Shown one piece after another: positions 14,743 to 28,100 of a stretch of 64,000 bases of DNA. Below the pieces are notes generated by a model, which was given only the letters and a program-made list of their open reading frames with translations, made no database searches and was not told where the DNA came from. The stretch's first letter is position 1. Every line of letters starts with the position of its first letter. A program made the position numbers and the translations under genes. This DNA is from Eledone cirrhosa (taxonomy: Eukaryota), in assembly GCA_964016885.1 (NCBI GenBank), contig CAXHJY010001471.1, forward strand, positions 1 to 64,000, read 5' to 3'.

Positions 14743-15660
14743 AACTACCGTCATTTTACACTATCTATTTTACCTTTTAATCTAAGATTAAAGTACTTCA
14801 TTATACTTAAATGTATTTGCCTTGATACACTTTTTAAATATTTCTTTGTTTTTTATCTTTGACTCACTCACAGCCAACTAGAAATATATTATGCATAGAA
14901 GAAAGAATGTGAGAAATTCAATGGAAAAAACATTTTTTTTTTCTTTTTGACCTCTCAATGTAATTTCATTTGTTGATCGAAAATATGTTTCATGACATTA
15001 GTAAAATGAAAAAATAAATGTCTTCAAAAATATATGTTCAATCAGTTATTGATCAACCGAAAATTTTTCGACCTAGTGTAATATTTTCCACATGCTTTTC
15101 TTAACATGGCGGAATATTTCCCTGAGAAATTTCATAAAATAAACCAGATGTTCAGCTAAATACTCGGCAATTTTCGTTTACTTTTTATCAATGCCTTTAT
15201 AAAACTGCAGTTATACTGAAGTATTTAGACATTTTTTTTTTCAAAAAAATATTATTTATATTCAATATAGAATATTTTGTATTTCCAGATTTTGTTTAAA
15301 TTCCATTTCTGTTATTGATGGAAAATTTTGTTTGCTTGTTTTTGTTTGTTTGGGGTTTTTTGGGGGGTGGGGTGTTACATTTATAAAAATGAAATAGGAA
15401 ATTGCTTTTCTACATGTGCGACATTTTGAGAATTGTCGACCCAATAGAAACATTTCTTAGGCAATGGTTCTCTCCAAAATTTTCAAAATAATCCGAATGG
15501 CCTGTAAAATATTTACTATTCTGTCTCAAAAAATAAATGTATACTGACGAAAGTAATAGCTAGAAAATAATTTACTACTTCATATATTGTGTGGGTGTTC
15601 GAGTGGAGAGCTAAATAATGAATATAAATGAAGACTCTATTTGAAGTATGTATGCATCTG

Positions 15661-15691
<31 letters not shown>

Positions 15692-15693
<2 letters not shown>

Positions 15694-15866
15694 TACGTTT
15701 TTCCGGGTTGAATCGGAGGTAACCACAGTAAGTAAGGTACTCAATACATAGCAGAGTATAACAGTTTTAATATAGAAGAGCTTCTACAGGACTAGAACTG
15801 TTTCATTCGTGAGAAATCATTAGGATGATTTCTCACGAATGAAACCGTTCTAGACCTGTAGAAGCT

Positions 15867-15870
<4 letters not shown>
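15692..15870. mobile_element. Asymmetric fold-back of a hammerhead-bearing repeat in (TA)n
   Basis: Arms ~15776-15820 and 15825-15869; tail 15692-15775 is the reverse complement of 53760-53840. Confidence 0.85.
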
Positions 15871-15930
<60 letters not shown>

Positions 15931-16259
15931 AGTGAAGTTAATACGAAGCATTGTGAGATATGTAATATAGGTCCACTTACTAAATCTATTTTAAAAACCG
16001 GTACAATGCGTTTGTTTTGTCTTGGACTGTTTCAGCTTCGTTCCTGAAAAGAGGGCAATGTCATTGAAATATCATACTATAAAATATACTGGGTAAAACA
16101 TTACTTTGTTTTGTTTTGTTTCATTTATCATCGCTTTCCCTTCGTATATTTCTACTGTATTGTACCGGTTTTAAAACAGAAATTATCGGTTTTTTGTAAT
16201 AATCTCACACATACACACACTCTCCTATAGGGAGTTGACTGTATAACAGTACCTTGTGT

Positions 16260-16560
16260 ATGCGCCCCTCAGTCATCTGTAGGTCATGAACAGCCCATCT
16301 GATTTGGGATTGCATCATAAACGATGTTACACCTAGTGAAGAGATCAGCATCAAAGATTCTGTCAATAAATGCTTAACCACAGATAGAGCGGAAGATATC
16401 AAGCTTTATAAATGTTGGTGCGATAAAGTGTCCATGACTCCGAGCCGTATAAGAGTGTTGCCAGAATCCGTGCATGATAAATTAAGGACTACGGCTGGGT
16501 TTTTTAGGAATCGTTTGAGCGCTTTGACGTATCACACAAGCTTATGCTAGTACATTGTAC
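16260..16560 (-). pseudogene. RTE-clade LINE reverse transcriptase C-terminal fragment
   Basis: Reverse-strand translation gives ILATLLYGSESWTLY and QIRWAVH, matching the RTE thumb region (LLYGSETW...QLRWAGH). Confidence 0.65.
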
Positions 16561-17479
16561 TTTGGCGCAACTCGGTAATGGATTTAATCGACCAAATATT
16601 TTATTAGTTCTTAATTTTATTGACTCGGGATAGATGAAAGGCAATGTTCAATTGGAAAGGATTTGAACACAAAACGTAAAAGTTTGGAATAAATGTGACA
16701 AGTGATTTTGTCGATCGCTCTAACTCTGCCGACAGTCCAACGTTGGGGTGTTTGTGTGTGTTGTACTTTGTATGTCTAGGAATGTGTATAAATCTAATAA
16801 ACAACAGGATATTAATAATTGGATTGTATAAGTCATATAGGAAGACCTCTGAAAATATTGACATTTTTCATAACATTCATACATAATATTATTTGTGTTT
16901 TACATGCCCTGCTTTTAACTAACGTATAGTTCATCTACACCATTTCTTTTTTTAATGTAAGAATAAAGTACTTAATTATATTTAAAGTAATCTGCCTTGC
17001 TATGCTTTTCAAGTATCGCTTTGCTTTTTATTAACGCTCCCCTCACAGAAATTTAATCTAGGAGTTTATTATAGATAGCAGAATCAATGTTAGAAATTCA
17101 ATGGGGGTTTCTTCCGTTTCGTTTGTTTTTTCACGTCTCAATTTACTTTCATTTGTTCATCGAATATTGATTTCGTGGCATTAGCAAGATGAAAAAATAT
17201 ATATGTAAAAAGATGTGTGGAATGTATATCCAGGGTCGTACATTAAGATAAACGTAGACAATATATCTTTAAATACAATATATTTATTTTATACTATACA
17301 TTTCCTTTTGCGCGTTGGAAATATGTGTATAAAGTTGTATGAACACTCTTCGCCTTCATTACTACGTCATAGAATGACTCATATGAAAACATTGACACAA
17401 GATTAAAATGCCATTGCTATTCAATTCAAGCTATTTTTATATATTAATATATACTATTGCTCTAAAGTTTGAATTTTCC

Positions 17480-18057
17480 ATTCGAACGAGCTCTGTTGCC
17501 GAATGGCAGGATAACCACTTGGTTCTATCAAGTGTTCAAAGATGCCATCCGAGCAAAGAAGGTTTACAAAGCTTGGCTTGAAAATAAGTCCATCTTCTTG
17601 CATTTGAAGTACAAGTAGGCACGAAAATTCGCAGCAGAATCATTAAAGGCATCCAAATTTAAGACATGGGAGGACTTGCTGGTTAAGCTGGAATTCGACC
17701 AGATCATCAGCCGCCTTTGTAATAAGAAGTCGACCTCCATGCCTGCTATCCGGAATACGTCTGAGGTCCTCCTCTCTTCGGATAAATGCATCCTCACAAG
17801 ATGGAGAAAATACTTTACTGATCTTCTAAATACGGCCACCACAGCATCTTCTGGTGTACACGGGGTGCATCTGGGAGCGTTGGGGGTGTGAGGTCATAAG
17901 AGCAATTAAAGACTTCAAATGTGGCAAGGTCGATGGGGAGGGTGGAATTCAACCTGAAATGGAATTCAACAAATTGGAGATGGTTGCTTCTGATAGGACC
18001 CGCTGTAAGGTGTGCTTAAGGACTCTGTCCCTATGACACTCCCAAGAAGAAGAAGAC
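17480..18057 (+). pseudogene. Deleted RTE-like LINE remnant with (GAA)n tail
   Basis: ILTRWRKYFTDLLN and EVIRAIKDFKCGKVDGEGGIQPEM motifs; 3' end ASDRTRC..L followed by GAAGAAGAAGA. Confidence 0.65.
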
Positions 18058-18939
18058 CGAGCATTTTGATAAACCTTTTCGCAGAGCAATATTCTAGTAA
18101 TTTCTATGAAATTTATGTTTCTGTGTGTGTTTTGTATGTGTGTATGTGTACATATATAATACATACAACATACATATATGGTGGGTGACGGTATGAATGC
18201 GAAAAGTAAACGGAAACCAAGAAAGCAAACGATACAGTACAATAACGATATATGTTATTTTAACGTTTGATGTAGCCTTAACGCATCGGACGCTTGTCCT
18301 TCAATAGTAGATAAAATGGAAAATAAAACAAGAAATAGAAAGGGAGCGAAAGGAAGATGAAGAAGAAACGGAAAAGTTGTTGTTGTTGTTGTCGTTTTTT
18401 TTTTTTTTTTTTTTTGTTGTTGATTTTTGTTTCGTTTTGTTTTTGGTGGGGGCAGTTACTAAACCAATAAATTATTTTCCAATATTTTCGTGAATTATAA
18501 AGAGTGACACGATACTGCAACTATTAGAGCCCTGATTATTCTAGACTGATGTTCATGCCATTAATAATTTCTATATTCAGTTGTCTTTTAATGAGATATA
18601 TGTTTGTTTTGTTGTTGTTGTCATCTTTTGTTTTATAACATGCATATTGCTTTGATTTTCACATCTCCAATGTCTGTCCAATGCGTAAGGGAAATGTTAT
18701 CTTCTCAAAGCTAAATATCTATTTTCTGACACAGGACTCTTGCAGTAGTCAAGCCACCGACTTAGTTGTTAGTGAATGTTTCGAAGGAGTTAATGGAAAA
18801 TAGGTGTTGGTTGGCAGAATATAATACCTGTCAAGTTTGGAAGGGATCAGACGATATAGAATTTCATTTTAATGTCCCCGCTAAATCTTTGAATAGATTG
18901 TATGGGATTCCAGTTGCTTGTCATATTCTGCATATTCTG

Positions 18940-18984
<45 letters not shown>

Positions 18985-19091
18985 CAACATAGGGAGATGA
19001 CTTATCTTACGCCTTTGTCTATCATCTGATTCAAAAGAGTAGTTTACACTCAAGCAAACAGCTGGTGTTTGTGTCCATGGGGTATAAAAGA

Positions 19092-19278
19092 TAATAATTG
19101 TTTCTACTTTTGGCACAAGGCCAGCAATTACCCAGTGCATAACTGGTACTTTATTCTATCGACCCCGTAAGGATGAAAGGCAAAGTTAACCTCGGCGGGA
19201 TTTGAACTCAGAATGGCAAGAGCCGTAACTCTATGCGTCAAAGCATGGCGTCCAATCCACCGCCAATCCATCGCCCTA
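19092..19278 (-). mobile_element. tRNA-derived SINE
   Basis: Reverse complement of the 9324 family. Confidence 0.88.
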
Positions 19279-19301
19279 TAAAAGATAATAACAACAACAA
19301 C

Positions 19302-19870
19302 GGCATAGAGTTACGGCCCTTTATGATCTGAGTTCAAATACCGCCGAGGTTAACTTTGCCTTTCAACCTTACGGGGTCGATAAAATAAAGTACCAGTAAT
19401 GCACTGGGGTCGTTTTAATCGACTTTCCCCTCCCCATACTAGAAATCATTAGGCGGTGGATTGGCAGTATCGGTAGAGGGTCGGACGCCATGCTTTGAAG
19501 CATAGAGTTACCTCCCTTTATGATCTGAGTTCAAATCCCGCCGAGGTTAACTTTGCCTTTCATCCTTACGGGGTCGATAAAAGAAAGTACCAGTAATGCA
19601 CTGGATAATTGCTGGCCTTGTGCCAAAAGTAGAAACAATTATTATTATTATTATTATTATTATTAAGGGCGGTGGATTGGCAGTATCGGTAGAGGGTCGG
19701 ACGCCATGCTTTGAAGCATAGAGTTACGTCTCTTTACGATCTGAGTTCAAATCCCACCGAGGTCGACTTTGCCTTTCATCCTTACGGGGTCGATAAAATA
19801 AGTACCAGTAATGTACTGGGTAATTACTGGCCTTGTGCCAAAAGTAGAAACAATTATGATTATTATTAGT
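19302..19870 (+). mobile_element. Three tandem tRNA-derived SINE copies
   Basis: Copies start at ~19302 (5'-truncated), 19451 and 19667; (ATT)n spacers. Confidence 0.9.
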
Positions 19871-20712
19871 AGTAGTAGTAGTAGTATATGAACATTTTTA
19901 TTTGTAGGGCTAGATCTGACATCATCTTTTTGTTTCAGTTTGATAATCTCCTTACTATGTAACTTTACATGAAACAACTGTCAGATTAGCGTCCTTGTAT
20001 TCAAACATCTTAATCATAAGATGATGATTTGGCTGAGAAGTTAGAGAAGGAGTGGGAAACCTGCAGTTTTAAGGACACATAAGGCCTTCTGCAAAAAGCA
20101 CATAGTTCGAAGGCAAAACTTCATGCTTGAGTGTATTCTTGCTGATTTCATTTTATTTAAAGTTTAACTTTTCAGTTAATTATGACTCGTAGAAAAACCT
20201 TTCTTTGTTTACGTTTTTTTTTAGCAATATTTCGTAAAATAATTTCTAGTATGCGAAAATGTTAACAAAAGCTGATTCAGCAGTCAGCTTGACAGCCGAA
20301 ATACGTAGCACCAACAATTATCACTACCATTACGACAGCAACAGTGACAATAACAACGACCCCCGCATCTTCGGTGAAAGAAGGCATTCGACCCCCAGCA
20401 ACCAGCCTTGCAGCCGAAATAGGTATCGGTATCAACTACCACTACCATTAACAAGAAGAAACCAACTCCAGCATCAGTGACAATAACAACCTTTGGGTCA
20501 TTCCGCTGTCAATAAACCCCTGTTTTATTTTTGTACATTCATCCATTCATTCATTTATTTATTTGCTAACTTTCTACATTCGTGTGTGTGTCCCTCCATG
20601 CACCCCCCCCCCTCCCTTCTCTTTTATCTTGTCTTCTGTCACCTCCATATCTGATGTAGGTGAGCTATGAGGCCTCACTCATACCAACACTTTCCCTTCC
20701 ACCCACGTACAG

Positions 20713-23325
20713 TTGTGCCTAGCACCTAGGCTGGTCACAACCAGCCACTCACCCCTAATGCCGTTTAGTGCCCCATGTCCCCGGCTCCACGTCCCATCCT
20801 CCATCCCACCAGTCGGCATCTGCAGCACTTGCAGCACCACGAACAGACGGAAGAGGGGCCGGAACTGTTCGGGCTGCGGCTGCTTCCACCACCTCACCTG
20901 TGTTGGCTTGACGCATCGAGCTTCCAGTGCCCTCGCAGCGTGGAGATGCAGAAACTGTCTCTTCCCCTCGTCTGCCCAGCCACGGCCGTCTGGCACTCCA
21001 CCAGATGAGACAGCGAGTTTGCCTGATGCCCAAGCCTCGCTGGTCAACATCGCTCGGCTCAGGCGGCTCCGGAAGATTCCGCTCAGGATCCCGAGGGCGG
21101 CCCGGGTACCGGTAGCCGATGCCCTCGCTTCCTCAATCAAGAGTGCTCTGGACTCCAATCGAGCCAGCGACTGGGAGCGCCTCTTCTATTTCGCCGCACT
21201 CACCCTCGGCCTCCTCAGCTCTGGCGCTGACCGAAGCGGCCTGTCGACAGCAACCTTTGTCAAGACCAATGTTTCGTCCTTTGGGCAAGCGCCCATTCCA
21301 AGCTGCCGAAGGAAGCCACAACACCTGCTCTTGGGTGCCTCCAATCCCCCACCCCTGAGGCCAGCGCTAAGCGTTTACGTGACCACGTAAACGCTAAACT
21401 TATCATGGGTGATGTCTCGGCCGCAGTCAGAGTGGTTGCCTGAGAGGACACTGTCCTCCAACCCACCGAGAAGGTCCTGGCTGCCCTATGACTCAAGAAC
21501 CATGATCCACCCGCTGAACACCGACCAATACTCCCACCCGATCCCCACCTGCTCCTTGTGGTTTCCGACGCAGACATCATGTCGGCCATCAAGTCCTTTC
21601 TAGCTAGCAGCAGCAGAGGCGCTGAGGGTCTCCGACCAGGCCACCCCCGGGAGTTGCTATCCCCTCCCCACTCCGCTGAGGCCGGGCGCCGCCTTCTGAG
21701 TGCAATTGTGGCACTCACCAATAGGCTTATCCATAACACCCTGGATCCTCATGCCCGTGGCCTCTTTTTTTCGGCTAGCCTAACCGCTCTCAGGATGAAA
21801 GAGGGTGGCATACGCCCCATCGCTGTGGGCAATGTCTTCCGGAGGCTGGCTGCTAAGATGGTCTGCAGGTCCATAACACTTGAACTGGGTGAGGATTTCA
21901 GTCCGGTGCAAATGGGTGTCGGCGTGTTCGGTGGATGTGAGGGGGCCGCACATACAACCAGGCAGTTCTTCTTCAACAGCTGCCCACCGGAACCGCCACC
22001 CAGGAACTCCAGGCACCTCATTGTCAAGCTTGACATGAGGAATGCCTTTAACTGCATACGCCGGAACCATCTGCTCGATGCCTGTCTCAGCCGAGCCCCC
22101 TCCACCTACCCGCTGGCCTACTTGTCATATGGATCCCCGAGCATGTTCCTTGCTGCTGATGCGGTCCTACCTTCGGCCACTGGGGTTCAAGAGGGTGACC
22201 CTATGCGCCCCCTCTTGTTTGCCTTGGTATAGACCATATTGCCCGGAGTATCACGGACCCTCTCCACGCTTGGTACCTGGATGATGCTACGCTGGGCGAG
22301 CCCATGGAGACTGTCTGCCCTGACCTTCAATCGGTGGTTCCTGCCCTGGCGGGAATCGGCCTCCAGGTCAACTCGTCCAAATCAGAGGTGGTGAATGTCA
22401 GCCATGATGCTGAGAGCTTTGCAGCCTCGGTCTCGGACGGCCCTCCTCCTTCTCCCACTGCTGATGTCAAGTCCCCCCTCCCCCAAGCATATGGGATGCC
22501 ATCCAGTGCAGCCTGGCCTCAGACAGGCTCACGCGCCAGTTCGACCAGCACCGCCTTGCTTGTTTTCGCGCGGCCTCCAAACCCCACAGTGGTGCCTGGC
22601 TTCATGCCTTGCCTTGCTTCTCCACTGGCACGCAGCTGGATAACGATAGCCTGTGCATCGGCGTTTCCTTGAGGCTTGTACTCCGGATCTGCGAGCCACA
22701 TAAATGTCGCTGTGGATCCACCGTGGACTCTTTCGGCCTCCATCCGCTTTCCTGTCGCCACAGTGCCGGCCGCCTTCCACGCCATGTTGTCCTTAACGAG
22801 GTCATAAAGCATGGCTTGAATGCTGCAGGCTTCCCCGCCCAGCTCGAGCCAGTGGGGCTGGACCAAGGGGACGGCAAAAGGCCAGACGGTATGACCATCT
22901 TCCCGCTCCGTGGTGGCAAATTCCTCGTCTGGGATGCCATTTGCAGCGACACTTTCTCCAGCCGCAACCTGATGCAGTCTGCGACTAACCAGGTACTGCT
23001 GCACGTCGGGCTGAGGAGGCCCAACTCTCCAAGTACCGGTCGCTCTCCGACAGGTTCGCGGTCGTGCCCTTGGCAGTGGAGACTTCTGGTGTCCTTTGCC
23101 CTAGGGCTACCTCCCTATTCACCACCATAGGCGCTTAGCTGGCGAGTCGCAGGTGTGAACCTCGCGATTTGGAATGGCTCTTCCAGCGCATCTCCCTAAC
23201 CATCCTCCGAGGAAACGCCTTCTCCATCCTGTCCACCGGGGCATTGCTTAGGCCAGCACGTGGGACCCCATTTGCTCACCATACGTATTAATAGGCAAAG
23301 TTATAAACTATTGTAAATAAACCTA
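20713..23325 (+). mobile_element. CRE-like (R2-group) non-LTR retrotransposon, decayed: PHD-like finger + RT + zinc knuckle + restriction-like endonuclease
   Basis: C..C..C..C...H..C...W.C..C N-terminus; GIRPIAVGNVFRRL, QMGVG, KLDMRNAFN, GVQEGDP, YLDD; CRCG..H..SC, RH, KRPDG, WD; ILRGNA near the end; AATAAA at ~23316. Frameshifts, stops and an internal deletion near 22437. Confidence 0.85.
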
Positions 23326-23339
23326 CTTCGTGAATTTAA

Positions 23340-23520
23340 AAACAAAGCCAGCAATTTGTTGAGTGACGAAAGTCGATAATATCGGCCCCAGTACTTACTG
23401 GTACTTTATTTTATCAAGCTCATAAGGATAAAATGCCAAGTTGACCTTGGCGGGATTTGAACTAAATAAACACCCCCAAAGCATTTTGTCCTATGCTATA
23501 GCGATTCTACCAGAAGTTTT
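23340..23520 (-). mobile_element. Diverged tRNA-derived SINE
   Basis: GGTACTTTATTTTATC and GGCGGGATTTGAACT motifs. Confidence 0.7.
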
Positions 23521-24108
23521 GGAAAATCATATTTTTTTCCAAATGTTGCCTCAGTGTCTACTTTGTCTTTCATTCTTTCGAGGTTAATAAAAAAAAAATG
23601 AGATGCTCCTCCCGGTGGTTTTGGTTGTGGGCTAATGAACGTAAGATCATCGGTTCGATTCTACGACTTGTTTTCTCCTTGGGCAAGTCACTTCATTCCA
23701 TGTAGTTCCAGTGGACTCAGCAGCAGTTTGGAGTTAACTCTGCCACAGGCTTGTTTTCTTAGTCAGTTAATGCCGATGAAACAAGTATAAGCTCGGAGCT
23801 AATGAGTCTCGAGATTTCAGAGAGAGTTTGGCTTTAATCGGTACTGAGAAGATATCTTCTCTTTCTGTTTTCTCTCTTTCTTTCATTCTCTCTCAATCAG
23901 TCTCTTTCTTTCATTCTCTCTCAATCAGTCTCTTTCTCTCTCTATCTCACCATTCCTCTCAAACTCTCGCTCTATCTTTTTTTTTCTAATAAAAATGTAT
24001 TCTCCTTCTCTCTCTCTCTCTCACTCTCTATCTCTTTCTCTCTCTCTCTCATACATACATACATACATACATACATACATACATACATACATACATACAT
24101 ACATACAA

Positions 24109-24153
<45 letters not shown>

Positions 24154-24308
24154 CTACATTGATTGTTTAGATCATTGTCTTCATCTGTGTGCTCGATATA
24201 ACATTATCTTATTTCATATATGTTATAGAAGAAATAGCATACAATACATGTGGAGCCAACCAATCTTTATGTAAACACCATCTTATCTGCTCAAAGAACA
24301 ATAACATA

Positions 24309-25170
24309 TGAAGTGTGTCAGAAAAGTTCCAGGACTGATGTCACAAAAGATTTATTTAAAACCCAAACTTCACACTAAGAGTTTTCTCCTTCAAAGTAAT
24401 CCCCCATCCTGTTCTGCCACGCTTGCATGCACTCCTGGAAGGATTCTTCCGGGATCCTCCGCAGTTCCGTCGTCAGGGCCTTTTTGATGTCGTCCACGTC
24501 TTCAAAACGGGTCCCCTCCGGGTCGTACTCGAAGATCCATGACTCATCACCGGTGATGATTGTCCTTAGTAAGTCTGGTTCGGTTTCAAGACGCTCGAGG
24601 ATGTCCTGGTACACTTGCATGCGTCGACCATTAGGTCATCGTTGAAGTTTTGGCACCATCTTCGCGCAGACTTTCCGCATGTCCAAATCTTCAGTGAGAA
24701 TCTTCCAGACGTTGTCCCGATTCATGCCCAGCTCATTTGCCATCAATCGAACAGTCAGCCGACGATCGCTACGCACCATCTGCCTGACGCGCTCAACGTT
24801 GACCTCAGTCCTGGTTGTTGAGGGCCTTCTGCTCCTGGGGTCATCTTGCACCACTCAAAAACACGTGAGCGTGACATCATCTCATCTCCATACACTTGCT
24901 GCAGCAATCCCAGTGTTTCTGATGGAGTTTTCCCCAACCGTACCAGAAACTTCAAGTTTGTTCGTTGCTCTGTACTCATTGCTTGACGACCTGAAACAGA
25001 GGACATGTATATAAAATTATGAAGAAAAAAGTTTGATCGCTCCAGAGAGCTAAGATTACAGATACATACTCCAGGGGTATTACTTTGAAGGAGAAAACTC
25101 TTAGTGTGAAGTTTGGGTTTGAAATAAATCTTTTGTGACATCAGTCCTGGAACCTTTCTGACACACCTTG
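24309..25170 (-). mobile_element. Internally deleted mariner DNA transposon with ~96-bp TIRs and TA TSD
   Basis: TIRs 24309-24404 and 25074-25170; TA at 24307-24308 and 25171-25172. Transposase fragments EQRTNLKFLVRLGK, RVFEW, DDPRS.RPST, MVPKL, ITGDESWIFEYDPE, GDYFEG; most of the catalytic domain is missing. Confidence 0.92.
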
Positions 25171-25199
25171 TATATATTTAAGCAAAATGTATGATCACG

Positions 25200-28100
25200 C
25201 ATTTATTCAACAGCCAATGAACCCACGGCAGCATCAAAATTGAACTGGTAGACATGCAATCTCAAGATTCTTTACTCAATCAAGGGCACGCTGATCTGAA
25301 TGGAGATTTGAAAGGGAGTAGAGTGGAAGCTTTCATTTGTTAATAACAAGTGCATCCACTGCTCATCCACATCACACTACTACAGAAACTGACCTGTAAA
25401 AAATGACACTACTAAGACAAAATGCCACAAGTGCAATGAAGCCCAACTCTATAACAAACACTATTTAAATAATAACAACATAACAATCACCACATCACCA
25501 GAAAACCAGTCCAAACAACAATGTACCCATTAATAACCAAGAGAGCTCAAAACAAAAGGCTTAAAATATTAGCTCAAAAACAACTGGAAAAGTCAACAAT
25601 AATAATAATAATTGTTTCCACTTTTGGCACAAGGCCAGCAATTATCCCTGTGCATTACGGGTACTTTATTTTATCGACCCCGTAAGGATGAAAAGCAAAG
25701 TTAAGCTCGATGGGATTTGAACTCAGACCGTAAAGAGCTGTAACTCAATAATAATAATTGTTTTTACTTTTGGCACAAGGCCAGCAATTACCCAGTTCAT
25801 TACTGGTTCTTTATTTTATCGACCCGGTAAGGATGAAAGGCAAAGTTAACCTCGACGGGATTTGAACTCAGACCGTAAAGGGACGTAACTATGCTGGAAA
25901 GCATAGCGTTCGACCCTCTACCGATACTGCCAATTCACCGCTGTAACTCAATAATAATAATTGTTTCTACTTTTAGGCACAAGGCCAGCAATTACTCCAG
26001 CGCATTACTGGTACTTTATTTTATCGACCCCGTAAGGATGAAAGGCAAAGTTAACCTCGGCGGGATTTGAACTCAGAATGACAAGGGCAGTAACTCTATG
26101 CGTCAAAGCATGGCGACCGACCCTCTACCGATACTGCCAATCCACCGCCCTTAACTCAATAATAATAATTAACCAAATTAAGATATGCAACCTAAACCAA
26201 CAACGTGAACTATTGGGACTGTATTTAAAACTTTATGGCTCAACATTTGACATATTCCTCTTTCAAGAACCCCTGCTACATGACTTGAACCTGTACAAAA
26301 GGGAATTCACAGAATTCTCTTATTTATATCAAATATATGCTATGATGGAGCATCAAGGTACCTTCTTGCGGTGATTAGATCAGAACTAATCTCTAGTGAG
26401 TGTAACTCCATAGATAGTGTGTGTATGTACATCAAGAAGCTAGACTTTCATGTTTTATGTAGTAAATATTTATAAACACCTTCCCCCCCCCCCCCCCCCC
26501 AAAAAAAAAAGCACAGAGACAATTTAAAAAAGTTGGAGCTTTCCTAGATACATCTAATCCACAAAGCAAAACGCTAATTTCAGGGGACTTCAACGCACAC
26601 CATCCATACTGGAATACTAACACCAGGAAAAACAGTATAAAAGAAGAATATCTTTTTGAGGTTATGATTAAACACAACTTTATTCTACATATAATACCAG
26701 ACTCCGCTACCTACAGACATTTTAATAATAGAAACTCAACACTAGACCACTTGTGGTCTTCTCTCCCCGCCTTCTCAGAAAACTGGGAATTAAAACACAA
26801 TATTGATCTAGGGTCGGATCACGCCACCAACACTTTTAATATTGCAATTCCTATAACCAATGAAAACCTGAGCTATTGTCAAACACGCCAAATAAAGCCT
26901 AAAGTAAGAAAATATCAATTTCATAAAACTGACTGGATTAAGTTTACTAATTACTTAGAAGCAGAATTATCACCCAACAACAAAGTTTGCAATGTAAAAT
27001 AAGCTGAAGAGCTAAAAGCAAGTCTACAAATATTTATCGACAAAATACAGGATACAATCGCTGAGAAAGTTCCTTTTACGTATTCCGTTCCAAATGAAAA
27101 TAACAGCAATAGTGATAACAACTACAATAAGGAATGATGGAGTGAATAACTAAAGCAACTAAGAAGGGAAATGACTCAGTTATTAAACAAATGAAAATGC
27201 CATTCTACAGATTCCAATTATGAAAAATACAAAGGACAAAAGAAAAAGTTTAAAAGGCAAATAAAACAAGCTAAAATTTTCTGGGTTAGCAAAGCTAACC
27301 TGGAGTCCATGGGCGATATATGGAACATATTCAACTCAATGATCCAACTAAAACCCCACAAAACGTATCAAGAGCTATTGATACATGACCACAATGGTGA
27401 GGTAATCTGACACTTCCAAACTCTCTTGGCTATTTCCAGAATCCACTACCTATTACAAAACTTCTGATCCTCTCACTCCAAACATAGATTTCCCTCCTAT
27501 TATTGAACAAGAACTACTAGCAGTTAAGGATAAATTGAAAATGGAAACGGCCACAATCCCTGATGGTATAATAAATTTAATCATGAATGAAATACGAAGT
27601 ATGATACATGAAATAGTGCTAAACTTATATAATAGTATAATTAAATTCCAACACCATCCAGCTATATGGAAATTTACTCATTCGTTAGTAATACCAAAAC
27701 CAAATAAGGATAACTACCACTCTACCAGATCATACCGTCCAATAGCATTACTAAGCAATCTTTATAAAATACTAGAAAACGTTTTAGGCAATAGATTATC
27801 TTACTTAGGAGATTCAATGAACAATTTCCCCAAATTCCCGTTCGGATTTCGAGTGAATAAAAACACTGAGAACTGTGTATATGAAATAACCATAGTCATC
27901 AGAAACTCAAAACTCTTAGAAAAGTCGACCAGCTTGATCTCACTAGACATAAAGGGAGCTTATGACAATGTGGTTCATGATGATCTAGTCAAAAAGTTAC
28001 ACCACTTTGAAATCCCCCAATTATCTTTGTAACTGAATTGGAAGCTTTCTCACTCATCGTAGTACAAGTCTGATTCTTGGAAACGAGTAAAGCAAAAGTA

